DNA of 60,225 nt from Bigelowiella natans CCMP2755. Its lineage: Eukaryota; Protista; Cercozoa. The DNA lies in assembly GCA_000320545.1 (NCBI GenBank), contig ADNK01001729.1, positions 1 to 60,225 on the forward strand, in the 5' to 3' direction. The translations under genes were made by a program, and so were the position numbers. The notes below the pieces were generated by a model that saw only the letters and a list, made by a program, of their open reading frames with translations, did no database searches and was not told the DNA's origin. This document shows, piece after piece, positions 1 to 12,744 of this stretch; position 1 is the stretch's first letter; every line of letters starts with the position of its first letter.

Positions 1-39
<39 letters not shown>

Positions 40-98
40 CTCTCTCTATCTCTCTCTTTCTCTCTCTCTCTCTTTCTCAAACTATGATTGTAAGAATA

Positions 99-137
<39 letters not shown>
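1..137. repeat. (TC)n and (TG)n microsatellites, representative of dozens of intronic (TA)n/(CA)n/(GA)n/(TAG)n tracts across the window
   Basis: Directly visible. Similar tracts at e.g. 3333-3380, 6732-6820, 22323-22400, 41010-41160, 54643-54830 and 57887-57965. Confidence 0.95.
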
Positions 138-139
<2 letters not shown>

Positions 140-1093
140 TGCCCATAGATGCAATAACCCACTACCAAACATCCTACACAGGTGTATGTTTTGATGGTGA
201 GGAAGGGCCTCATTTCTAGGTATAGTAGACAAGATTACGCACACAACTAAATAGATGAGGAGAGGAAGTATTCACTCTTCCGAGATGTAATGCATATACT
301 GGTTTCACTGTTGTTTTTGTTGTTGTGTTGTGCATACATAGATTGCTCCAAGCCTCGGATCCAATAGCCTTGATCCACCAATGCGAGTTTGACAATACAA
401 TGCAGTTACATGTGCAGAGAATACCCAAAATGCATATAGCACCCCCCTTGGTCAGTACCCTCATCCCGCTCCGCATGTTCGCCTTTACACACTGAAAGGC
501 TGAATGAGTGTGATAAGCATATCTTAATATATGTATATGATATATGAATTGATAATCAGGGCAGCAAGATTGTTAGCGTTTGTCGGGTAATATATCTATC
601 GATTATATTTGACATAAACGCTTATAAATGTTTAAAAGTTGAAATGTTCTGAACATGAGCGATGATCATTTACTACTAGATACATCCAAGCTCTCAAGTA
701 GAGAGCGGGGTTGACATCACGGGCCCTCCATTCTTCTGGGTGCTTGAGAAAGGAAAGACCGCTCGGCAAATTTCTAATGAAATTGCAAAGTTTGTTGGCT
801 TTGCAGAGCCTCAGTTTGTATCACTCAGGTGTTCGTCAATTGCATTTGATAGATACACATATTAGCATCGAGTGAAATGCGAAGCACGTGTCCTAAATGC
901 AACCACTGCCTCTTGAAATATGACGCACAATAAAAGCGCACGCTAGAACATGTAGGTAATGTGTACAAATTTGCAGATATGTTCCCAATAAAATATTGCG
1001 CAAATTAAGGCTCTCGAAAGGTATGAGTTGAGGAAGAGGAAGATAGAGAGAGAGAGGGTGAAGGAAGATGTCGCATTGAGCACACAGACACAC

Positions 1094-1126
<33 letters not shown>

Positions 1127-1823
1127 GAGACGCGTGCATAATCACACACATAATCACACGGAAAAGCACACGTAAACATGCATGGACACACCTAAAATAA
1201 AGCAGACCCATGCGTAGATCATGTGCGTGTGCTCGTATCAATGAACACTAAATATCACGATCCGAAATATCAACAGACGGGGCCCATGGCCATCCTCCTT
1301 TTTCTCTCACAACCATTGCTGATGAGGACTTTCCTTCGAGATTAAATTGGACAAGAGCGCATCTTGGCGTATTCCTACCGGTAGTACGTAAGCAATAAAT
1401 AGCAGCAGCAAATCGTGCAGCATGATGAAACCTCGTTCAATGTACAAAACAACACAAGTGTTTAGTATTCTTTCCCTCAACTCCAGTTTCTATCCACTGG
1501 AGCTGCAGATATATGAGCTCGTTTGTACCGTAGAAGACTTATGTTGCTGTTTGCTGCAGGAGGATTCAATTGCAGAGGAATTGATATCTGCTGCTCAAGG
1601 AAACAGGCGTCTTAGCAGCAGTTCGCGTCGATACAGCAGCAAGCATCGTAGCGAGAATGATGAAGAAGACGAACATGGGGGTTATGACGATGAAGATGAT
1701 GAGGATGGTGATGATAGGGAGCAAAGCCATTGCAACTATTTTGATACCGAGGAAGTTATGGGGACACATGTCGCCACGAATAGCGACCGACAGAGAACCG
1801 GCCTAAGGATCAACGCTCAGTGA
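1..1823 (+). CDS. 3' part of a multi-exon USP7/UBP12-like deubiquitinase (C-terminal ubiquitin-like region); 5' end outside the window
   Basis: Exon ~680-828 reads IHPSSQVESGVDITGPPFFWVLEKGKTARQISNEIAKFVG, resembling the USP7 C-terminal [22 protein letters not shown] segment. An earlier exon has LHVQRIPK, exon ~1277-1380 ends RAHLGVFLP, and the last exon 1560-1823 is acidic and ends RTGLRINAQ* (cf. USP7 EKAIKIHN). Similarity recalled from memory, not searched. Confidence 0.5.
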
Positions 1824-2497
1824 TATACGATGTTGGAGCATTTGGATTTAATAATGTGCCTAATCAATTAGAGAAGCTTGTTCTCAAAACCTTCGGTAAT
1901 ACGATAAGGACGTTGCAAATGTTTATTTTGCATGCACAGCCGTGCGTGTGCCGTGACTTCTATGGCCAATCCACAGTTCATCTGATACATTATGGCCGTT
2001 GCATGCATGAATGACACAAAGGAAGAGCAACTTCTCGCACGCTATACAATGTGCATTTTCAGCCCATCATGTCAGGCGCATGCATGTACGGTCCTATTTC
2101 GTAAGAGCATGAAGAACATTCTTATGAACTCTTTGTGATTTTAGACATGCAATGTGACATATGTGCACGCTATGCGGCATTGTCCATTGGACAAATTGCG
2201 AACCGTCTAGGTGTTACCAGTTTGCATGTCGCAAGCATGTAAAGTCGTTGTGCGTGTAGCACGACTAAGTATATAGCATAGCAATTCACAATGGTAATGC
2301 CTAGCAAGTACGTAGCAAGCATACCCACGCCGTGGTAACAAATGTTGTAGTGATGGATGCATTTGACCGTACAAGTGCATACGACAGTGATTCTACTCTA
2401 GCTGAGTATTTTCATGTTTGAGCTGCACATGAGCAGAGAATATAACTGAAAGTCATTAGTTTTAATAACAAAAGATATCTAAGTTTGGTGTCTACTA

Positions 2498-3328
2498 TTA
2501 TTTATGATGTATCTTTAATTTTTGGTGAGCAATTGAAAGAACGGAGTCAACTTCTGATTGTAAGTAAAACTTAGTTGTTGCAGATATGTGACAGTAGTCA
2601 ATTTCTTCTTCCTCGCACTGCTGTATTAAAAAAAGCACAATCAGATGCGGCACCCGATACAAATTGATGGCATACGCATCATCTAATGTCATAGATTATA
2701 CTGGTCTTATTATTCATTAATCACCTATTCGTCGTCTCTCTAGATTGGAGGAGAAGCCATATCCACTTGGCCTCTGGTTGGAATTGACAGTCCAAGACCT
2801 TTGCATCGCTCTAAACATGAAATGTCATTATTAGCAGCATCGAAGAAAAGAAACTTAATAAAGGCTACTATTTCAATTTGACGATAATATATACATGTAT
2901 ATCGTGTCAATATGGGGGGAAGTAAGAAGCAGCATAATGGCTCTCCGCTATTTGATACGGTATTCGAATCAATGGCATCTTATTACGACGAGATTCAAGA
3001 TTTATTCGTTTATTCGTCGTTGCAATAACGCTAAGCGGCATATCGTGTAAGATATTAACTACCAAATTTCTTCATCAAGTACAACAAAAACATCGTAAAA
3101 CTAATAGTTTCTTTCATCATTTCGAAAAGTGCTCATTGTGATGTGTCCTCGCTTAAGACGCAATTACTTTATGCAGATAAATAAAAGGTTCTACTGATAA
3201 ATATAATGGTAATCGAAGAAGTGAAGTAACAGTAGATAGTAGTAATACACCCACCGATCCCATAATTTCGAGTGCACAGTCATCTGCTGCTGATATGATG
3301 AAAGAACACACACAGATGCAATATCATA

Positions 3329-3372
<44 letters not shown>

Positions 3373-4531
3373 TGTGTGTGTCAAATTAAACTCTTTAATT
3401 ATCGTTGGTGACTTCAAATTCTTCTCCTATTCTCTCTCTCTCCTTCTACCACCCATATTCATATGAATGGTTGCTGCAACCTTTGGTTTGGTTTGTCTCC
3501 CCTTCTTCCATGCCATTCTTTCCTTCATCACCATCTCCATCTTTGCTACAGCCATGCTGCTGCTGCTGCTGCTTAAGTAAGGATAACGCACGTACTCTCC
3601 CTCCTTCTCGTGAGACATCGATTCGACTATTCGTTGTGATAAAAGAGAACATCCCTGGAATCTGGTGCCCCTGCGTCTGTTGATGCAGTAGTAGCTGCTT
3701 GTCATTATCTTGGTGCACTTTCCACATCAACTCGCAGCTGCTAGATTCCTTTTGTGTGCTAGTAGTAGTAGTGGTAGTAGAAGGAGGAGTATTACTACTA
3801 CCGCTGCTACATCTCTTCACACCCATCATGTTCTCTTTCTTGCTACTGCAATAGGTCAACCGTACCACAGCACCCTGTATCTTCTTCTTCTTTTTCGAGG
3901 AGCTTTCAGATGCTGCTGCTGCAGAGCAGACGTAATAAAGGCAACTTCCTTCATCATGTGGGTGAGGTATGATCTTGCCAACGATGCTGCTATTCTTGTT
4001 CAGTTTGTCCGTTGTTGTTGTTGTTGCATCCGAAGACACATCCTCATGTTTTTGCTGCTTGCCATTCACACTTACCTCGTCTTTTTCATCTTCATTAGAA
4101 CTTGCAATGGAGAGGATCTTTTATAATAATCAGTACAGTTGATAGGTGAGAACTATCGTAAGAAACCATCGTAAAAATAGATAAGGCATCACTGCTTTGC
4201 TCACTCCTTAGTGAATAGTATTCAGAATTAATCTCTCGTCATTCGTAAGAAATCATGTTATTCGTCAACTGGAAAAATGATACGGGATATTACCTCCCAG
4301 ATGGACTTTTCTGCTATAGGCGAAATAAAGGTCTTTGGCTGCTGCTGCTGCTTCTTCTTCTTCATGAGATTTATCGAAAATGCACTCAAAGTCCCATCGT
4401 TTGTCAACGTGGCCAAAACGTTCTCTTGATTTCTGAACATGTAACAATACGCGATTATAGATTATATGCAATCTATTACATTGCGGGTGCGCGCCGTTGC
4501 GTGGGCGAGTATAGCAGTGTGTTGGTGTGTT

Positions 4532-4563
<32 letters not shown>

Positions 4564-4652
4564 GTTGTGTGTGTGTTCTTAAGTGCTGCTTCATACCATC
4601 ACAAGAACGTATTACTTAAGTCCGATTGATGACAACAAGTCTTCAAATGATT

Positions 4653-4693
<41 letters not shown>

Positions 4694-5877
4694 GATGAGC
4701 AGTACACCGGTACTGCATTCAGTTATTACCCTTTCATTTTCGAATCGATATGGGAGAGAAAACACAACGAGCTCACAGGAGCTTTTGTGGTAAACTCGGC
4801 AAGAATTTCCATATTTGCCTAAACATTGGAAGTGCTCATTTAATTATCATTGCATATTGAACGCGAATATTAACAAATACAATTTGAAATATAGCACGTT
4901 TATTACCATTATAGTAGTAGTAGTAGCAGTAGCAGTACCGTATTCAAGACGCAGATTCGTCCACCTCCTCCGTTGTCCTCACCGCCCCCAAATGCAACTA
5001 CGTTTGGGTTTGCTCGAGAGCCTATTCAAGTTCCCAAAACACGATGATAACTCATTATATGTTACATTGCATCACGTCTACGGATGACAGCACACACGGA
5101 AAGTGCATGCTTGCTCAGTTCAATATTATTTGAAGCAGCGCAGTGAATGAGAAACTACTATATCCAAGTTGTCGCTCTCGATGCAACACTTTGGAAATTA
5201 GCAGAATGTAATTATAACACCTCTTTTACTGCTACTCGTGTTTCTTTCAGACGGGGGGGGAGGGAACAAAACAAAAGCTAGGATTATTCTCCAAAGTGCC
5301 AAAAACAAACTCACCAGCTACACACATTGGAACTTGGGGAGTTGTTCTTTTCCCAAGATGGCTATTAGATTTCTTAGGAAATGCAGACTGCTGAAATCTT
5401 CGCACTCGACACCGACTTCCAGTATTGTCGGAGCAACGGGATCGAATACAATCAGTTTCCTTCAGCTGTCTCCATATTCCTTCACACAGTGGAAGAAATA
5501 ACAGTAATAATTATAATAATAATAACAATAATAATAATACACGCTTCCTACAAATCATGCCATAAGCAGAGAAAGACACACCTGATTGTAGTGGCGCTGG
5601 GAATGAAAACTCCATCACATGTGATGACGCTGAATATCCATGCACCTATTTCAGTAGCAATGTGAAACCACTATCACGTCGTCTATCAAGGGGTGAGTGG
5701 GGGGGGAGGGGGCAGAATTTGTTGATGATGCAGCATGAAGTTGTCTGTCTGCCTATAATGTCCAGAAAACATGTAGCATCTAAAATCAAGAATAAGAATG
5801 ATAATCAGAAGGTCTCCAACTTCATAAGCATAAGCATACTTCTACATGAGCACTGGTATGATCATCATCATATTTCT

Positions 5878-5909
<32 letters not shown>

Positions 5910-6211
5910 AGTATAACCCAAAGATGATATGAGCTGAGAGGACCCTAGACTGGAACATATGATATCCAGTATAATTAAGAACAACACGCATAGCAAACAA
6001 CTTTATTGAGGCCGTTCTACTTCTACTCCTCTCCCTCCTACCACTAGTGCGGAGCGTGTGGAACTACATTAAAAAGCTGCTCATTGTTTCACTACGACTT
6101 CACTACTATTTCCTCATGCAACGATACGAAGGATTTGCAAAAAGAAGTGGCATCATTATTATCATCAATTATCACCTATTGGCAAATTCGTCGACAATAG
6201 CAAATAACACT

Positions 6212-6269
<58 letters not shown>

Positions 6270-6728
6270 TATAAACACACCCAGCAGGGGAGTCCGTACG
6301 GATGAGAGTACAGTTTGCCAAACACAACTTCCTTTCTGTGCCCAGACTCACATGACCCATTCCTGATGATTCATTAATAAACAAAGAGGAGGAGGAGGAG
6401 AGAAGGAGCATTCTTCGCACATGAAAGCACAGCGGTATTGGACATATTATCTTATTTATGTTTGCCAAAAGCAGTAGTAGTTGCAGGTGTTGAATGAAGA
6501 ATGGGATGATGATGTTTGATGATCATCTGTATCCTCTGGCATTATTACCAGCTGTTCTTGCTCCGGGATTGGCGACTCCTTCACGACCATAATGGAAGAA
6601 CAATTACGCACAACAACAACAACAACAACAACAACAACATAGAATATTTTATTCCCACTAGTAGCAGCAGTACGTTTTCAATTCAGAACAAACTCTCTTT
6701 GCCTCTATCTCTCCTTCCTTCATACACA

Positions 6729-6811
<83 letters not shown>

Positions 6812-9327
6812 AGGAGAGAGAGAGTCCTCTTTCTTCATGCAGATGGTGCACTACAAATGGCATTTTCTAGATATTATCCAAATAACCGTGCTTATCTAAA
6901 CCACGCATAGTCTTATAGAACGAGGCAATAGATACTCTCTTTTACACATTCTTCTCCTTGTCTTTATTAATACGGTTTCGAATTTGTCATATACTGGTGA
7001 TAGCACCGTTTCCTGGAATGAATACAGGGTTGAAAAGCAACACCGGCTTCTCTTCCAACACTTTGTCTAACAGTCTCCAATTATCAACCTGGATAAAACA
7101 AATAAATTCGATAACTTGTGCTAACGGTATCATGCCAAATGACAGCAAGAGCCCCGCAGCAAAGATGTTTATGTAAAGTAGGGATGAAAGGTGCTGCGTG
7201 AATTCTAGTTTCTTACCTCAATGTCTAAGCAAATAAGCACGCTGGCCTGAATATGACGTAACAACTCGAGCATTCACACATGTACCAAGATATTATGATA
7301 TTGATAGACATGAACGACTACTGCACGTTGCACGGTACAGGTGCTGCGTGTTGGTGCTTGATTTAAGTATAAAATCAGTCACAAACCTTTCCGAATTCTG
7401 TATCAAAGAATACGCAATGTTGACCCTCAGAGAACCGATTCTTTAGAAATTCATGCACGCGCTGTTTGTGGTAACTGAATATCAATAATACGAAGATTGA
7501 TCATTACGTGCGAGTTATCCATTTACTATTTTATGAGTGCGCATTTTAAGTGGGTCTTCCTCCTTACGTTGCAGCTAAATCTCCAGAACGGTTCAGCACA
7601 AAGCAGGTGATATATCCTGAGGCCAAGAATGCACGCAACAAATGTGTTTGAATGATTTAGGTTTCTCCAATGCAGTATTTGAAAGTTGTTGTAATACTTT
7701 TCCACTTTTGTTCTTTTTGGTCGTATTCCTCCGATGTTGTTGTCCCTAAGTGATATCAGCCAAACGCACACATATATTTGGCATGTTTCTCGATAAGTTA
7801 TGCTGTAATCTCTATATATCGAAGAAGTTGGACCTAAGATGATGTACACTGAGTGCCGTTTTGCCAATTCAGAGGCTTTTTTCAAGTAAGGGTTGATTTT
7901 TACCTACCCGCCATCTTAAATTAGCACCATGTGTGATGATACCGTGCATCTAAGCTACGTAAGCTTCGGACACAGTGTCATTCCTTACTTGGTTTCTTAC
8001 ACGAACTAGTGGAAATACTAATTCAAGCCATGTTGTTCCGAAGGTATTGTGGTCGTTGCACATATATCCATATCATGATACTTGTAGGAATAGGCACACA
8101 TTACTAAGTACATCGGCTATCCCTGAAGGTTCGATATCTGTCTGAGGCCGATTCGCATCTGGCCAGGGAAACATCTGCAAGCAAGGTCTTCATCACCAAA
8201 ATATAGTATTCTATGTCGAAATGAGAGACGCAAACTTGGTAAATTTTTGCAAACCTAGCTCTTATTTTCAGATAAAGAAGAGCGTAGATCGTCTCATTCA
8301 TCACATTTTCATCAGACTTCTTTGCTTATGAGACATACATTGAGAGCAGAATTCTCGGGGAAAACGAGAAAATCAGGTCGCTTTCTAAGGCCTTCAGCCT
8401 TTACACCTGAAGAAATAGTAGATAATTAAAACTATTATTTGAAACATACTCAGTAACTTGTTTCATCGTTTATTCCGTTCTTCACTTACGAGCCATCATA
8501 GCTTCCACCTGTGTGCACATATGTGAATAAACTTTATGATGACAAATACTGTTTGTATAGAGGAAATGTCCATATGAATATGTTCGAAGGAAAAGTGCAA
8601 ACTAAGTGCATAACACGTATACATACTTCTTCCTCCAAATCGGCACTCCGCATATGGTTAACCTATGGTCATTATCAATATCGACGATGTGTGAAGAGTT
8701 TCCAAAATTTAAGAAGAGAAATAAATTCACATATAAAATATTTTGGATGGTATTGTTGCATTAAAGGTAGTAGCTAAAAAGGGTGAAAATCATGCTCAAT
8801 TTCCCGATAAAATGTATAAAAGTCGCCCAGGTATTTTCTTTTTAGAATTGCTAAGGGTTTGAAAGTATAAATCTTATACTTGACAAAGCCAAACGGTGCA
8901 TGTATCCGGTGTTGATTCAGCTTTGAAGGGTGACTGTGACCGTCCTGCAACAGCAAGACAGCAGTACAGCAGGTTAAGAAGCAGCCAGTACAGCACTAGC
9001 TTATGGTTCATACTCAGATAGCTTTTTTGCTCAGCTTTGGCAGAGTCGTGAGCTTTGAAATCCGACATTCTAGTTGAAACGGAACCGCCTTTGTCTGTGA
9101 AGTTGTATAGAGGTTACAATGAGATTGGATATTCCGTACTTCTCCGAAGATATAATACCACTCTTCTTCTGCTTCATCTTTTTCAATTTTGCGAGCTCTC
9201 TTGCTCTTCGCACATGATACGGCTCTTCATTTACAGAAGCTCTCGGCATTATTAGTGCCGGAGGGGGAGGTGGTACGTGAGGAATGGTAGAAGACGACGC
9301 ATTGGGGGGTGATGGATCGGAAGACAT
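2498..9327 (-). CDS. Multi-exon carbon-nitrogen hydrolase (nitrilase-fold) protein with a long, low-complexity, possibly beta-propeller C-terminal extension
   Basis: Spliced exons give the Glu-Lys-Cys triad: RKRPDFLVFPENSALN (~8340-8400), YLKKASELAKRHSVYIILG (~7830-7890), YITCFVLNRSGDLAAT|YHKQRVHEFLKNRFSEGQHCVFFDTEFGK (~7390-7616), ASVLICLDIE (~7217-7246) and LEEKPVLLFNPVFIPG (~7010-7065). Start MSSDPSPP at 9327. That the exons at 2498-6600 belong to the same gene is inferred. Confidence 0.75.
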
Positions 9328-9589
9328 GATCGATCCGTTCAAACTTGAGTTCTCTCGAATGCGCAGATGACGACAAGATTTTGTCTTGTCGCATCCGAAA
9401 ACAGGGCCCTTTTTTTTTATCCATCACCGAAAACTTCGGGAGGAAGGTGTCCAGATAAAACAATTGTAGAAAATCCTTGTCGCACACTAAAAACATCATC
9501 CATTCGTAACGAGAGAATCTCGGCAAATTCTGGGAAGGAACGTCGGAGCTTAATCCCCTCCCCCAGCCCCCAGAGCACTACAACATACA
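9328..9589. promoter_or_regulatory. Probable bidirectional promoter between the nitrilase and C9orf85-like genes
   Basis: Two divergent ATGs about 260 bp apart. No specific motif identified. Confidence 0.5.
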
Positions 9590-10401
9590 ATGAGCTGCAG
9601 AAGAGGGTAGGAGGATAAAATTTAGCTTCGATGAAAATGCAGGGAGGGAAATAAAATGGATGGTTAATGACTTCCTGCTTGTTGTGATTTGCCCCCTCCC
9701 CCCTCCCCCCAAAAAAATAAAAACACTCGTCAGGGGTCCCACGAAGGGAGCGCCCCGGCACCAGAATTCCGTTGCGTTTAAGCACAACAAACACTCCAAA
9801 AAGTCAAAAAAGATTGAAGGGTAAGTTCGCCTATGTCTTAAAACGCAATGTTTCCTTCAACCTCAACACTAGCCAAGTACCCAGAAGTTCGCGAGAAACA
9901 CACACAGCAAATAATAACACGCAGAATTAGTCATATGGGACTTTGTCCTAAATGCCAAGGAATCATCGAATGGAGAAAGGTGCCTTTCGATATAATGTGC
10001 ATAATGCCGACAGCATTTAATAAACATTAACATTTCTTTCCAAAACACATTATGTAATTATTACATGTTCTGTGTGTCGATGTTTGTGGGTGCGAGTGTA
10101 TGTGTTGTATATATATGTTTGGGTATGGGCAGTGTACATGAACTCTTCTGAATCGTCATCTTCTACTTAGAAATACCGAAAATACAAGCCTTTGAAGGCT
10201 CCCCGAAAATGTGGTAGCTGCTCGAAACGTAAGTAGTAGTTTCTGATTACATCTTTGCATTGCTGTGTATTAGGTGCTGACTTTGCACAATCGAATATAT
10301 GAATCAAGTTCAAATCACATGATTTTAGACAGCACATACCCATACCACGCATATACTTGACATGTAAATTATGAATATATCAATATATAAGTAAGATAAC
10401 A

Positions 10402-10442
<41 letters not shown>

Positions 10443-10876
10443 TAGATTTATCAAAACGGTGATAGCGGTAAGTTGTACACATCGTTCATGACCGTCGTTA
10501 TTTTCCAGGAGCTATAGTGCGCGCATACCACGTCATTTGCGGCCCATGCAGATCTGCTAAACAAGTATGTAGAGTGAACAATAGTGGAATCGTTGTTGGA
10601 GAATGTACACCTAACACTGCGTTCCTTAGGTTTGTGCTAAGTGCCTCTTACCTTGCAATCAATGGAAAAGTGTTGGGGGGGGGGAGGAAGAAGAAGAGGA
10701 AGAGGAAGCTGGAGGAGCTCAAGCGGACAATAATCCTAATGGAAATCATGTTGATACAAATGAATCAAAGCCTAATGATGGAATTTATGAGGAGGAGGAC
10801 AAAAAGGGTGCAGTTGTAGATACTGGTACTATACACCTTCAACCGACCGTGCACGATTTGATAACGTGTGTACGAA

Positions 10877-10914
<38 letters not shown>

Positions 10915-11263
10915 ATTGAGTTTTGCTCACTCATAGTTGTTAATGACTGAAACACAACTTGTAGTGACGAGTTGTATATTTCTACGCTGTTATTGCTTGA
11001 TGATAAATTGTTAGAAACAAATGAAGAAAAGAGTGTCAATCCTTCATCATCTAAGCCGCAACCGACTCGAAAGGAACTCAATGAAAGGTGAAATAAGTTT
11101 ATCACAGGAACATCAGAGAGAAGCGAATCATATGCATTCTCAAATTCACACAACACAGCAGAATCCCACTGCCCAATTGTCGATGTAGTAGTGCAAAGAT
11201 TGCCTGTAATTTTAGCCGATAAATACTGCATTATTATAATAACGCTGAGACATGAATATCATA

Positions 11264-11302
<39 letters not shown>

Positions 11303-11371
11303 AGGCTGAATGACCCTGATCTCCGTGAACGAGAAAGGAGAACGATACTAAGAAAGCTTGATCAAATGTAA
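9590..11371 (+). CDS. C9orf85: C9orf85/DUF2039-family Cys-rich zinc-binding protein
   Basis: Exons join to MSCRRGGPTKGAPRHQNSVAFKHNKHSKKSKKIE...HMGLCPKCQGIIEWRKKYRKYKPLKAPRKCGSCSKRAIVRAYHVICGPCRSAKQVCAKC...LRERERRTILRKLDQM*. This matches the HQN-F-K / C-x2-C / EWR-KY-KYKPL / YH-C-x2-C / VCAKC pattern of C9orf85. Confidence 0.9.
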
Positions 11372-12119
11372 CAGCAGCCATTAAGCGAGTATGATGATGA
11401 CCTATTAATGCTATTGGCTATACGATGTACATCTAAGCAAAGGCGCTTATATCACCATATCAACTACACAGTATTCATATCGTCCAATTTGAATTTATCG
11501 AGCAGAACGTGACACGCGTCATGAAGGCAAGACGTGTGTGCAAAGTAGGCTGCTGCTTACATACACATTTATTTTTTTACTGTAGTAAGTCATAGCTTGC
11601 GCCTGGTACGTAATCTAGGCTAGTTTGTGCTGATTCGCATGATTGTTCGCACGGAGTCAAGCTATGGACACTACATGCATCTATGGGACGGAACATTGCA
11701 TGTCTATCATCGGATGTAATGAATAAATTATTTTTTTGCCAATGGCCATCCTAGTGTGTTCGTGTAGCTACATCCCAAGCAGCACAGAGCGCTGAACTTG
11801 TGCAAATCTATTCATTGCTACGGCAAACTAGCGTTTTTAAAACTGTGATGATGCCACACATGTTATCATATGTGCTGCATATATAATTGCAATTGTTTTA
11901 CTGGCATGCGAGCATGTATCTAGCATGCATGCATGCATGCATTTGTGCGTGTGTGTGTGTGGCCGCTGAACATTGTAGAGCTACATTAGAATGGCCATTG
12001 ATAGCATCCAATTTAACCATGACACGCACCTGACACACGTATGATCGATATTACGATAGCACTTTCGGCAGCCCATGATACATACCTAATAACACTGTCT
12101 GGCTTGCTTATTGCAACTG

Positions 12120-12700
12120 CTAGCATTGCTGCTCTTGGCCCTCCACTTCCCCTTCCAAGTCCTCCTTATCATCGATATCACAATGCAGCATTTCCTTGCT
12201 TCTCCTCCCATCCCTCATTTGTTCCCCTAGGTATCTAACGACTTCAGGATGGCCTCCTGCTGATGAGTTCTTTCCTCGACGCGCAAGCGCTCCGGATGCA
12301 TAGTCACGAGCAGTCCTTGCTTTGAAGAAATCTCGTTTGTAAACATCCACACCGCAATTTTCTACCAGATACTTAACCACCTTTATATTACCATTACCTG
12401 TTTAAATATCAAATAGGATCATAATGCTGCGCGTCTCACGAATATGATCTTCAGTACGTCAAGGCCCAACACTCAATATGCAACATTAATCCGAAAAAGT
12501 ATTGCGTTTCGACAACTAGCGAAGCCACGACTACTACCTGCTGCAAAAAAGAGCGGCGTTTGGCCTTTGTCATTTTCACACAATTCCGCATCACCGTGCT
12601 CCACCAGAAACCTGGCCACATACCCACAATAGACATAGCATGATGAGTATAACTGCACCCCAACTAACATTATATATTATATGTGTGTGTATATTATATA

Positions 12701-12744
<44 letters not shown>

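Noticed and set aside
5310-5500. Stop-codon readthrough or alternative genetic code (protein-like frame RKLIVFDPVAPTILEV... bounded by TGA and TAG)
   Set aside because: Another frame is open between a plausible AG acceptor and a gtgagt donor, and other genes in the window end normally at TAA, TAG and TGA.
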